Assembly: GCA_045540715.1 (NCBI GenBank)
Contig: JAZQHT010000014.1
Span: forward strand, 55,761-119,760
Length of the DNA: 64,000 nucleotides
Origin: Acutalibacteraceae bacterium
GTDB taxonomy: Bacteria; Bacillota; Clostridia; Oscillospirales; Acutalibacteraceae
Direction of reading: 5' to 3'
The position numbers and the translations under genes were made by a program. Each line of letters starts with the position of its first letter. The first letter of the stretch is position 1. Below, piece after piece: positions 55,975 through 64,000 of this stretch. The notes beneath the pieces are model-generated. The model had not been told where the DNA came from, did no database searches, and saw only the letters and a program-made list of their open reading frames with translations.

Positions 55975-55991
55975 TACTAAATTAAATATTT

Positions 55992-56333
55992 TTATTCTTC
56001 TGGTATATAAAGCTCCATATCTACAGCTTTGCCATCTTCAATTGTGATTTTCCAATAATCATTAAAATCGCCAAACATATCATAATAGGGATAAATAACA
56101 TACCCTTCTTCTAATTCGTTGGCTGGCAAGTTTGGTTCTTTTGCTTTGGGTTCTCCAAATTTTTCTTCAAGTTCTACTGCAGACTTACCTATTACGTTTT
56201 TCTCCAATAAATCTCCAGAATCATCAAAAATGTGCATACCCAAAGTAACAATACTCGCAATTAAAACTAAGCCTAAAACTATAAATAATGCAATTATGAT
56301 TGTTTTTGATTTAGTTTGTTTTTTATCTTGCAT
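55992..56333 (-). CDS. small membrane-anchored hypothetical protein
   Basis: 113 aa. N-terminal TM, acidic C-terminal domain. Confidence 0.5.
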   Translation of the reverse strand: MQDKKQTKSKTIIIALFIVLGLVLIASIVTLGMHIFDDSGDLLEKNVIGKSAVELEEKFGEPKAKEPNLPANELEEGYVIYPYYDMFGDFNDYWKITIEDGKAVDMELYIPEE

Positions 56334-56451
56334 AATTCACCACTCAAAGCAGTTTTATTTTATAATAACACAAAAAAATAAAAAGTCAAACAAAAATAAA
56401 TATCAATCAAATAAGCTAAAATCTTTAACCTATCCCTTCGTCTTTTTGTTA

Positions 56452-56485
56452 GACAAAAACACACCTCCCTTTAGGCAAGGGAGGC
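56452..56485 (-). terminator. intrinsic terminator ending T-box operon 2
   Basis: Minus strand: CCUCCCU-UGCCUAA-AGGGAGG followed by UGUGUUUUUG. Confidence 0.75.
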
Positions 56486-56499
56486 TAGAGTGAAATTTA

Positions 56500-57561
56500 T
56501 TATAGTTCTTGTATCCAACCGAATTTATCTTCGATTTTGCCCCATTGAATACCTGTTAGAGTATCGTATAGGTGTTGGGTTGTCTCACCGATTTCACCGT
56601 TATTAACAGGGTATTTTTTGCCTTTATAGCAAAGTTCACCAATTGGAGAAACAACAGCGGCTGTGCCGCAGCCCCAAGCTTCTTTAAGTGTGCCGTTTTC
56701 TAAAGCAGCAGCTAATTCATCAATACTTAAAAGGCGTTCGCTAACCTTATAGCCCTCTTGCTTTAATACTTCAATACAAGACATTCTTGTAATGCCCGGT
56801 AAAATTGAACCCGAAAGCATAGGAGTTACAATTTCATCGCCAATTTTGAACATAACGTTCATAGCGCCTACTTCTTCAATATACTTTCTTTCAACGCCGT
56901 CTAGCCATAAAACCTGGCTATAACCAAGCTTAGCTGCTCTTTCACCTGCGCGGTTACTTGCGGCATAGTTACCACCGCATTTTGCATAACCTGTACCGCC
57001 GCGAACTGCACGAACGTCTTCATCTTCAATCATAATTTTAACGGGGTTAATGCCTTCTTTATAATAACTGCCAACAGGAGAGGCAATAATCATATAGGTT
57101 GCATTATCAACCGCGTGAACGCCTAAAGATTCGTCGTTACCAAATAAAAATGGTCTTAAGTAAAGGCTTGTGCCTTCTGCAGAAGGGGTCCAATCTTGTT
57201 CGTGTTTAACAAAGGTGGTTAGCACTTCCATTGCTAAGTCTTCAGGAATTTGCGGAAGACATAAACGCTCTGCTGAACGGTTTAATCTTCTAATATTTTC
57301 GATTGGGCGGAAAAGTTGAACAACTCCGTCTTTTCTTCTATATGCTTTTAGCCCTTCAAAAATTTCAGAACCATAATGAAGTACGGTTGAAGCCGGGTGA
57401 ATTGGAAAAGGTCCAAAAGGAACTATTCTTGCGTTATGCCAACCATCTTTTTTATTATAGTTCATAATAAACATATTGTCGGTAAAGATTTTACCAAAAC
57501 CCAAAGTGCTGCTATCGGGTTTTTCTTTTAAATTGTTATTTTCAAAAATTTTAATTTCCAT
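56500..57561 (-). CDS. ilvE: branched-chain amino acid aminotransferase (class IV, long form)
   Basis: 353 aa. ...HYGSEIFEGLKAYR..., EEVGAMNVMF and LPGITR blocks. Confidence 0.9.
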   Translation of the reverse strand: MEIKIFENNNLKEKPDSSTLGFGKIFTDNMFIMNYNKKDGWHNARIVPFGPFPIHPASTVLHYGSEIFEGLKAYRRKDGVVQLFRPIENIRRLNRSAERLCLPQIPEDLAMEVLTTFVKHEQDWTPSAEGTSLYLRPFLFGNDESLGVHAVDNATYMIIASPVGSYYKEGINPVKIMIEDEDVRAVRGGTGYAKCGGNYAASNRAGERAAKLGYSQVLWLDGVERKYIEEVGAMNVMFKIGDEIVTPMLSGSILPGITRMSCIEVLKQEGYKVSERLLSIDELAAALENGTLKEAWGCGTAAVVSPIGELCYKGKKYPVNNGEIGETTQHLYDTLTGIQWGKIEDKFGWIQEL

Positions 57562-57567
57562 AACAAA

Positions 57568-58101
57568 TTACTCCTTTGCACCTAAAGCCAATGCTTTACG
57601 GTTAAAGTCTAACATATTTGCTTTTTTAGCAGGAATTACCTTTGCAAGTGTTTTTTCAATACCTTCTTCGGTATATTCGTTAACCACTGCTAAAAGTTTA
57701 CCCATAATAATCATATTTGCAAGACCTTTTAAGCCGTTATCGTCGGCTAGTTTGGTTGCGTTTACGTAATAAACTGTAACGTCGGTTCTGTTTACTTTTC
57801 TTTCAATAAGTGTGCTATCGCAAATAATTATGCCGCCCGACTTTACTGTGGGCTCAAACTTATCTAAAGAAGGTAAATTCATTGCAACTAAAATATCGGG
57901 GTTGGAAACGATGGGGCTACCAACTGCTTCATCTGAAACAATAACACTGCAAGAAGCAGTACCGCCACGCATTTCGGGGCCGTAAGAAGGAAGCCAAGAA
58001 ACGTTTTTGTCTTCAATTAAACCTTTATATGCTAAAAATTTACCTGCAAATAAAATACCTTGACCGCCAAAACCCGAAAGTAAAATATTTTTTGTGTTCA
58101 T
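57568..58101 (-). CDS. 2-oxoacid:ferredoxin oxidoreductase gamma subunit
   Basis: 177 aa. LSGFGGQGILFAGKFLA. Confidence 0.85.
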   Translation of the reverse strand: MNTKNILLSGFGGQGILFAGKFLAYKGLIEDKNVSWLPSYGPEMRGGTASCSVIVSDEAVGSPIVSNPDILVAMNLPSLDKFEPTVKSGGIIICDSTLIERKVNRTDVTVYYVNATKLADDNGLKGLANMIIMGKLLAVVNEYTEEGIEKTLAKVIPAKKANMLDFNRKALALGAKE

Positions 58102-58102
58102 A

Positions 58103-58858
58103 TTATTTTACCTCGCTTTCTGCACTGCGATCTTTATAACAACCAAGTGGGTAATATGGAATCATTTTTTCGTCAATCCATTTTAGTGCATCAGATGGGC
58201 TCATACCCCAGTTGGTTGGGCAAGAAGAAACAACTTCTACTAAAGAAAAGCCCTTGCCGTCAATTTGGTTTTGAAATGCCTTTTTAATGGCTTTTTTAGC
58301 ATTTCTGATATTTTTAACGTTGTTAACTGTAACACGCTCTAAATATTCAGGTCCGTCAAGTTCTGATAACATTTCGCAAACCTTAATTGGAAAACCGCAA
58401 TGATTTGTATCACGGCCATAGGGAGAGGTTTGTGTTACTTGACCGGGTAATGAGGTTGGAGCCATTTGGCCGCCTGTCATACCATAAATTGCGTTGTTAA
58501 TAAAAATAATTGTAATGTTTTCGTTACGAGCAGCCGAATGAACGGTTTCTGCCATACCGATAGATGCTAAGTCGCCATCGCCTTGATATGTAAATACAAT
58601 GTGGTTTTCGGGGTCAGCACGTTTAACACCTGTTGCAACTGCAGGAGCACGACCGTGAGCGGCTTCAATCATATCGCAATTAAAATAGTTATAAGCCATA
58701 ACAGAGCAACCAACAGGTGCAATACCTATTGTTTTGCCTTCAATGCCAAGCTCGTCAATAACTTCTGCAACAAGGCGGTGAACAATACCGTGTGTGCAAC
58801 CTGGGCAATAGTGCATTGGAACGTCTGTTAATGCGTGGGGTTTATCAAATACTACCAT
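58103..58858 (-). CDS. 2-oxoacid:ferredoxin oxidoreductase beta (TPP-binding) subunit
   Basis: HYCPGCTHG and GDGDLASIG. ATG 58858 overlaps the alpha stop (TAATG), with SD AAGGAG 10 nt upstream. Confidence 0.9.
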   Translation of the reverse strand: MVVFDKPHALTDVPMHYCPGCTHGIVHRLVAEVIDELGIEGKTIGIAPVGCSVMAYNYFNCDMIEAAHGRAPAVATGVKRADPENHIVFTYQGDGDLASIGMAETVHSAARNENITIIFINNAIYGMTGGQMAPTSLPGQVTQTSPYGRDTNHCGFPIKVCEMLSELDGPEYLERVTVNNVKNIRNAKKAIKKAFQNQIDGKGFSLVEVVSSCPTNWGMSPSDALKWIDEKMIPYYPLGCYKDRSAESEVK

Positions 58859-59922
58859 TATTTTGCACACTCCTTATTTACAGCAATAATTTTTTCTAAT
58901 ACTTCTTCGGGGCTAACTATCATACCGCCTGTACGGTTACATAAATATACGGGTTTTTGACAGTTGGTTGCAAGTTTTACGTCGTCAATCATTTGACCCA
59001 TTGAAAGTTCAACAGAAATATATGCTTTTGCATTTTTAACTGTTTTAGTAAATGGGGCAACAGGGAAAGGCCAAAGTGTAATTGGACGAATAAGACCTGC
59101 TTTAATACCCATTTTTCTTGCTTCGTTAATAGCATTTTTAGAAACACGAGAAGCAATACCAAAAGCAACTAAAACAATATCAGCGTCTTCTGTTAAATAT
59201 TCTTCGTAAAGGGCTTCGGTTTCTTCAATTTTCTTATATCTTTCAAAACGCTCAAAGTTGGTTTTTTCTAACTCATCAGGAGAAAGGAATAAAGAGTTAA
59301 CAATATTATGTTCTCTTTCCATTTTAGTTCCTGTGGTTGCCCAAGGTTTATCTACCTTTTCGCCTTCGCAGAAATCTAAAGAAACAGGTTCCATCATTTG
59401 ACCCATTGTACCATCTGCTAAAATCATACTGGTCATTCTGTATTTATCGGCAAGTTCAAAACCTTTAACGGTAAGCTCTGCCATTTCTTGAACAGAGGCC
59501 GGAGCAAGAACAATCATTCTAAAGTCGCCGTGTCCGCCTGCTTTTGTTGCTTGATAATAATCGCTTTGAGATGGTTGAATACCACCTAGTCCCGGACCAC
59601 CACGTTGAACGTTAACAACTAATGCAGGTAAATCTGCACCTGCTAAATAAGAAAGGCCTTCGCTTTTTAATGCAACACCCGGACTTGAAGAAGAGGTCAT
59701 AACTCTTTTACCGGTGCTACTTACGCCGTAAACCATATTAATAGCGGCAATTTCGCTTTCTGCTTGTAAAAAACAACCGCCAATTTTGGGCATCTTTTTT
59801 GCCATATAAGCGGCAATTTCGGTTTGTGGTGTGATTGGGTAACCAAAGTAATGGCGGCAACCTGCAAGAATTGCGGCTTCTGCTATTGCTTCATTTCCCT
59901 TCATTAAAACTTTATCTGCCAT
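58858..59922 (-). CDS. 2-oxoacid:ferredoxin oxidoreductase alpha subunit
   Basis: 354 aa. MKGNEAIAEAAILAGC... Confidence 0.9.
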   Translation of the reverse strand: MADKVLMKGNEAIAEAAILAGCRHYFGYPITPQTEIAAYMAKKMPKIGGCFLQAESEIAAINMVYGVSSTGKRVMTSSSSPGVALKSEGLSYLAGADLPALVVNVQRGGPGLGGIQPSQSDYYQATKAGGHGDFRMIVLAPASVQEMAELTVKGFELADKYRMTSMILADGTMGQMMEPVSLDFCEGEKVDKPWATTGTKMEREHNIVNSLFLSPDELEKTNFERFERYKKIEETEALYEEYLTEDADIVLVAFGIASRVSKNAINEARKMGIKAGLIRPITLWPFPVAPFTKTVKNAKAYISVELSMGQMIDDVKLATNCQKPVYLCNRTGGMIVSPEEVLEKIIAVNKECAK

Positions 59923-59929
59923 TTTTACA

Positions 59930-60136
59930 CTACCTTTCTACCTTAATAATGCAGTCGGGACACATCATTGCGCAAGCTGCACAGCCAACACAAGCGGCCT
60001 CGTCGGTAATTTCTGCGGGGTGGTGTCCTTTTTTGTTGATTTTGTCCATTGCAAGTTTAATTAAACCTTTAGGACAAGCCTCAACACAAAGGGCGCAACC
60101 TTTACATTTGTCGGTTTTAAACGTTAATTTTGCCAT
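59930..60136 (-). CDS. 2-oxoacid:ferredoxin oxidoreductase delta subunit (2x[4Fe-4S] ferredoxin)
   Basis: 68 aa. CKGCALCVEACP and CVGCAACAMMCP. Confidence 0.9.
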   Translation of the reverse strand: MAKLTFKTDKCKGCALCVEACPKGLIKLAMDKINKKGHHPAEITDEAACVGCAACAMMCPDCIIKVER

Positions 60137-60158
60137 AAGTTTCTCCCCTTATATAAAG

Positions 60159-60821
60159 TTATATAACTGTTTTTTGTAACTTTAACGGAACAAGATTTTC
60201 TATTTTTTCTTTTAGTTCGTCATAAAGTTCTTCTTTAACTGTTGTAAAGGCAATTTTTAAGCCGGTTTTTTCTGACAGCTCTTTTGCAATTTCTACACTG
60301 CTTAAAAGGTCTTCTTTTGTGGTTTCTTTACCCAAATTAGAATTATTAATAAGCCCTGTAAAGCGCATTTTAGAAGCAATTTCAATTTCGTTTAATACTT
60401 CTATTAAACTTTCAGTATCTCTTGTAAGCGGTCTAAAAGTATTAATTACAAACAACATTTCGTAATCGTTTTCTTGCTTTAGCGCTTCACTTAAACGCCC
60501 AATAGCAAGTGCTCCTCTATCGTCGCCGCCAACGTCTATAATTGCTTTCAAGGTTTTATCGTGAATTAAACTATAAACGTCGCTTGGCATTGAGGGTATA
60601 TCAACGTTACTGTTAGCATATTCTGAACAAATAAGCCTAATGCCGTCTTTTTTGAAAATTTCTTCGCTGTCTTTGGTTCTAAAATATGGGTTAACTATAT
60701 CCAGGTCGGCAATTGCTACGTTATCGTACTGTTTTTTCAGATCGTACGCCAAGTTTACAGCGATATTGGTTTTGCCGCTGCCATAGTGCCCCATAATAAG
60801 TGTAATTCTTTTATATTTCAT
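60159..60821 (-). CDS. P-loop NTPase (SIMIBI-class, MinD/CooC/G3E-like), function unknown
   Basis: 220 aa. Walker A GHYGSGKT, and DVGGDD, a possible Walker B/switch. 2-nt gap to the upstream gene. Confidence 0.6.
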   Translation of the reverse strand: MKYKRITLIMGHYGSGKTNIAVNLAYDLKKQYDNVAIADLDIVNPYFRTKDSEEIFKKDGIRLICSEYANSNVDIPSMPSDVYSLIHDKTLKAIIDVGGDDRGALAIGRLSEALKQENDYEMLFVINTFRPLTRDTESLIEVLNEIEIASKMRFTGLINNSNLGKETTKEDLLSSVEIAKELSEKTGLKIAFTTVKEELYDELKEKIENLVPLKLQKTVI

Positions 60822-60823
60822 AA

Positions 60824-63112
60824 TTATAACAGATTTCTTTGAATTTTGCCGCTTACAGTTTTTGGTAAGCTCTCTTTAAATTCAACAATTCTAGGATATT
60901 TATAAGGTGCGGTTTTTTCTTTAACGTAGGTTTGAATTTCTTTTTTAAGTTCATCGGTGCCTGCTGTTCCTTTAACTAGAACAACACTCGCTTTAACAAT
61001 TTGTCCGCGAACTTCATCGGGAACTGCAGAAACACCGCATTCAAGTACGTAAGGAAGTTCCATAATAACGCTTTCAATTTCAAATGGGCCAATGCGGTAG
61101 CCTGAAGACTTAATAACGTCGTCAACGCGGCCAACGTACCAATAAAATCCGTCTTCATCGCGCCAAGCGGTATCGCCTGTGTGATAATAGCCGTCGTGCC
61201 AAACTTCGTCGGTCTTTTCTTTGTCGTTATAATAACCGGTAAATAATCCCGGTGGAACACCCTCTTTAAGGTTAATTACAATTTCGCCGGCTTCACCAGA
61301 AGGTGTTGGGTTACCATCTGCATCCATAAGTTCAACGTTATAAATTGGAGCAGATTTACCCATAGAGCCAATTTTATGACTAGCGCCTACCATATTACCA
61401 ATAATCATGGTGCTTTCGGTTTGACCAAAGCCCTCGATAATTTGAAGTCCCGTTGCTTTTTCAAATTGACGGTAAACTTCGGGGTTTAGCGCTTCACCCG
61501 CGGTTGTCATATGCTTAACAGATGAAAAATCGTAATTATTAATATCTTGCTTAACCATCATTCTAAGCATTGTTGGAGGTGCACAGAAGGTGGTTATTTT
61601 ATATTTAGAGAACATTGGTAAAATATCGGCCGCATCAAAACGGTCAAAGTCGTAAACAAAGATTGCGCCTTCGCATAACCATTGTCCGTACATTTTACCC
61701 CACATTGCTTTTGCCCAACCTGTATCTGAAATGGTAAAGTGAAGACCATTTGGATCAACGTTGTGCCAATATCTTGCAGTGTGGAAATGTCCTAATGGGT
61801 ATTTATAGTTATGAACTGCAATTTTGGGATAGCCGCTTGTCCCCGAAGTAAAATACATAAGCATTGTATCTTCGCCACAAGGTGCATCTTTAGTTCTATT
61901 ATAGTGGGTTGAATATAAGGTATATTCTTCGTCAAAGTTACGCCAACCGTCTCTTTGTTTACCAACTATAATTTTATTAATCATACCATCGTAATTTTTT
62001 AGTGCTTCATCAACCTTATCGGCAGCACCGTCTTCACTGGTACAAATAATTGAGGTAATACCTGCTGAACGAAAACGATATTCATAATCGTGTTCTTTAA
62101 GTTGGCTTGTTGCAGGAATTGCAATAGCGCCTAGTTTATTAAGGCCTAACATACTAAACCAGAACTGATAGTGACGTTTAAGTACAAGTAAAACTCTGTC
62201 GCCTTTCTTTATACCTAAAGATTTAAAATAGTTAGCGCATTGGTTAGATGCCTTTTTCATATCTTTAAAGGTAAAACGACGTTCTTGCTTATCTTTAGAA
62301 ACGTGTAACATTGCAAGTTTATTAGGCTCTTTTGAAGCCATTTCGTCAATAAGGTCAAATGCAAAGTTAAATTTATCGGTGTTCTTAAACTCAATTTTTG
62401 TGGGAGTACCGTTTTCGTTTTCTTCCGTATCAATAAACTTACGATAAATTCTTTCTTCGGTATCTTTTAAACCTTTTGTATTTAAAGGCACTGCCTTTAC
62501 GGGTGTAAGTTCTGGAATTGGTTCGCCCGTTGGGTTTAAAACAATAGCATAGAAAATACAATCCTTACCGCCTGTTGCAATCATACCGTGAGGTGTATCA
62601 CTATCGAAATAAATGCTATCTCCGGGTCCTAAAATTTCTCTATGCTCGCCAATTTGAACAAGCAAGTTACCTTCAACAACAATATCGCACTCCTGACCTT
62701 CGTGGGTGGTTAGTTCAATATCTCTGTTTTCGGCAGTTTCGTCGTAAATGCTTCTAACGTAAAGGGGCTCTGCAATACGGTTTTGAAAAGAATAAGCTAG
62801 GTTAAAATATGTCATACCGTGTGCTTGAGCAATTTTTTGACCCTGTCCGTTTTTAGTAACGGTATAGCTTTTAAGTTTTGGGCTATAACCTTCGATAATA
62901 TCGGTTACGTTAACGCTTAATGCTAAGGCACAACGATAAATAAAGGCAAAGTTAAGATCACTCTTACCCTCTTCACAAAGCAAATATTCATCTACCGTAA
63001 CGCCTGTTTTTGCCGCCATTTCAGTTGGGGTAAGACCTTCAATTTCGCGAAGCTCTTTAATACGGCCGGCCATTTCCTTAATTTTAAAATCAAGTCCTGT
63101 AATTTGTTCCAT
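60824..63112 (-). CDS. three-domain fusion: XRE-type HTH + cupin + AMP-forming (medium-chain type) acyl-CoA synthetase
   Basis: 762 aa. HTH GLTPTEMAAKTGVTVDEYLLCEEGKSDL; cupin HEGQECDIVVEGNLLVQIGEHREILGPGDSIYFDSDTPHGM; synthetase [49 protein letters not shown] and PKTVSGKIQR. Confidence 0.8.
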   Translation of the reverse strand: MEQITGLDFKIKEMAGRIKELREIEGLTPTEMAAKTGVTVDEYLLCEEGKSDLNFAFIYRCALALSVNVTDIIEGYSPKLKSYTVTKNGQGQKIAQAHGMTYFNLAYSFQNRIAEPLYVRSIYDETAENRDIELTTHEGQECDIVVEGNLLVQIGEHREILGPGDSIYFDSDTPHGMIATGGKDCIFYAIVLNPTGEPIPELTPVKAVPLNTKGLKDTEERIYRKFIDTEENENGTPTKIEFKNTDKFNFAFDLIDEMASKEPNKLAMLHVSKDKQERRFTFKDMKKASNQCANYFKSLGIKKGDRVLLVLKRHYQFWFSMLGLNKLGAIAIPATSQLKEHDYEYRFRSAGITSIICTSEDGAADKVDEALKNYDGMINKIIVGKQRDGWRNFDEEYTLYSTHYNRTKDAPCGEDTMLMYFTSGTSGYPKIAVHNYKYPLGHFHTARYWHNVDPNGLHFTISDTGWAKAMWGKMYGQWLCEGAIFVYDFDRFDAADILPMFSKYKITTFCAPPTMLRMMVKQDINNYDFSSVKHMTTAGEALNPEVYRQFEKATGLQIIEGFGQTESTMIIGNMVGASHKIGSMGKSAPIYNVELMDADGNPTPSGEAGEIVINLKEGVPPGLFTGYYNDKEKTDEVWHDGYYHTGDTAWRDEDGFYWYVGRVDDVIKSSGYRIGPFEIESVIMELPYVLECGVSAVPDEVRGQIVKASVVLVKGTAGTDELKKEIQTYVKEKTAPYKYPRIVEFKESLPKTVSGKIQRNLL

Positions 63113-63143
63113 AGTAAGTACTCTTTCCTTTTTCTTTTGGGAC

Positions 63144-63417
63144 TAAAAAAACTCGTCCCAAAGTTATTGCTTTGAGACGAGTGTGAATATTTCATACCCG
63201 CGGTACCACTCAAATTGCAAGAATAATCTTGCCACTCTCGGAATCTAACAATTCCTATGTCTTAACGCGACAACACGGGAAGATTCTACTAAAGATAAAC
63301 TTGTTCTTTCTTCCGGCTTAGAAGCTACAACATAAATTTTTCACCATTGGCTTGCACCCACCGCCAACTCTCTAAAGGTTACTAATAAATATGCCCTCTT
63401 CGTCAAAGCTTTTAACG
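63144..63417 (-). promoter_or_regulatory. T-box riboswitch leader 2 (specifier tentatively UUU = Phe)
   Basis: Minus strand elements: S-turn AGUA; AG bulge plus distal loop AGAGAGUUGGCGGUGGGUGCAAGCCAA (63345..63374); specifier loop GAAAAA-UUU-A (UUU = 63334..63336); T-box UUUGAGUGGUACCGCGGG (63197..63216); terminator CUCGUCUC...GGGACGAG + U7 (63144..63181). Confidence 0.8.
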
Positions 63418-63423
63418 GACTAT

Positions 63424-63452
63424 ATTCTAACATAACTTTGTAAAACTGTCAA
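63424..63452 (-). promoter_or_regulatory. sigma-A promoter of T-box operon 2
   Basis: Minus strand: TTGACA, 17 nt, TAGAAT. Confidence 0.7.
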
Positions 63453-63506
63453 CTTTTTTTAACAAATTTCTTTTTAAAGGTACGAAAATTAAGTTATATT
63501 ATATAA

Positions 63507-64000
63507 TTATAATTTATTTCTTTGGATTTTGCCGCTAATAGTTTTAGGTAATTCATCCTTAAATACCACAATTCTTGGGTATTTATAAGGAGCAGTGTGG
63601 CTTTTAACGTAGTCTTGAATTTCTTTTTTAAGTGCATCTGTGCCTTCTGTTCCCTTGGTTAAAACAATGCTTGCTTTAACAACCTGACCGCGAATTTCAT
63701 CGGGAGCGGCAGATACACCGCACTCTACAACGTAAGGAAGTTCCATAATAACGCTTTCAATTTCAAATGGGCCAATGCGGTATCCAGAAGATTTGATAAC
63801 GTCGTCAATACGGCTAACGTACCAGAAATATCCGTCTTCATCGCGCCAAGCGGTATCGCCTGTGTGATACATATTATCATAAACGGCATCGTCGGTTTTT
63901 TCTTTATCTAGATAATATTCTTTAAACAATCCGCAAGGAACACCATCTTTAAGTCTAACAACGATTTCGCCAACTTCACCAGTGGCCACCGGTTTGCCCT
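63507..64000 (-). CDS. AMP-forming acyl-CoA synthetase paralog, C-terminal part only (N-terminus beyond the right edge)
   Basis: The frame stays open to the window end (..[14 protein letters not shown]..). [38 protein letters not shown] and [10 protein letters not shown]. Very similar to the C-terminus of 60824..63112. Confidence 0.85.
   Translation of the reverse strand, partial: GKPVATGEVGEIVVRLKDGVPCGLFKEYYLDKEKTDDAVYDNMYHTGDTAWRDEDGYFWYVSRIDDVIKSSGYRIGPFEIESVIMELPYVVECGVSAAPDEIRGQVVKASIVLTKGTEGTDALKKEIQDYVKSHTAPYKYPRIVVFKDELPKTISGKIQRNKL

Noticed and set aside
59835-60179. 114-aa + strand ORF
   Set aside because: It is antisense across the OFOR alpha start, the delta ferredoxin gene and the intergenic region. 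The minus-strand genes carry unambiguous Cys-cluster and family motifs.

Overview
A 64-kb chromosomal segment from a low-GC, spore-forming Firmicute (Clostridia-like). It is densely coding and mostly on the minus strand: about 70 CDS, 4 tRNAs, two T-box leaders and many intrinsic terminators. I saw no IS element, prophage, CRISPR array or rRNA. All product calls come from motifs I recognised by eye in the supplied translations; no database search was run.

Content by region:
- Left half: transporters (MFS, PnuC-like, ClC, CPA2, CaCA, OadB/G), lipid enzymes (PlsC-like, PAP2), a malic enzyme/Ldh2 pair behind a glpP antiterminator gene, an EtfB-EtfA-GlcD (LctBCD-type) lactate cluster, and an enoate-reductase + split aconitase-X operon.
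- Middle: tRNA-Thr/Tyr and tRNA-Met/Glu, a stand-alone GMP-synthase ATP-PPase, a ROK-SIS-KDPG aldolase operon, yhaM, serS, parAB, galE and a gerA-type germinant receptor operon.
- Right 13 kb (50.9-64 kb): the most interesting part, holding two adjacent minus-strand operons that each sit behind their own promoter + T-box riboswitch.

The two T-box operons:
1. T-box 1 (hand-assigned specifier CUC, Leu) drives three genes. These are a LeuA-like protein that has lost its catalytic metal ligands but keeps the LeuA C-terminal regulatory domain, a sugar-phosphate-isomerase-type TIM barrel fused to an acyl-CoA ligase, and an amidohydrolase.
2. T-box 2 (tentative specifier UUU, Phe) drives a tight 7-gene operon. 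These are an XRE-HTH::cupin::acyl-CoA synthetase, a P-loop NTPase, a four-subunit 2-oxoacid:ferredoxin oxidoreductase and a branched-chain aminotransferase.

I read T-box 2's operon as a tRNA-charging-controlled route that makes an amino acid from an exogenous carboxylic acid by reductive carboxylation. A second, partly sequence-identical synthetase paralog lies immediately upstream at the window edge.

Other points worth a look: glpP bracketed by two terminator hairpins, and a 350-nt non-coding region next to tRNA-Tyr built from ATTTCA + mini-hairpin modules and a roughly 97-nt imperfect palindrome.
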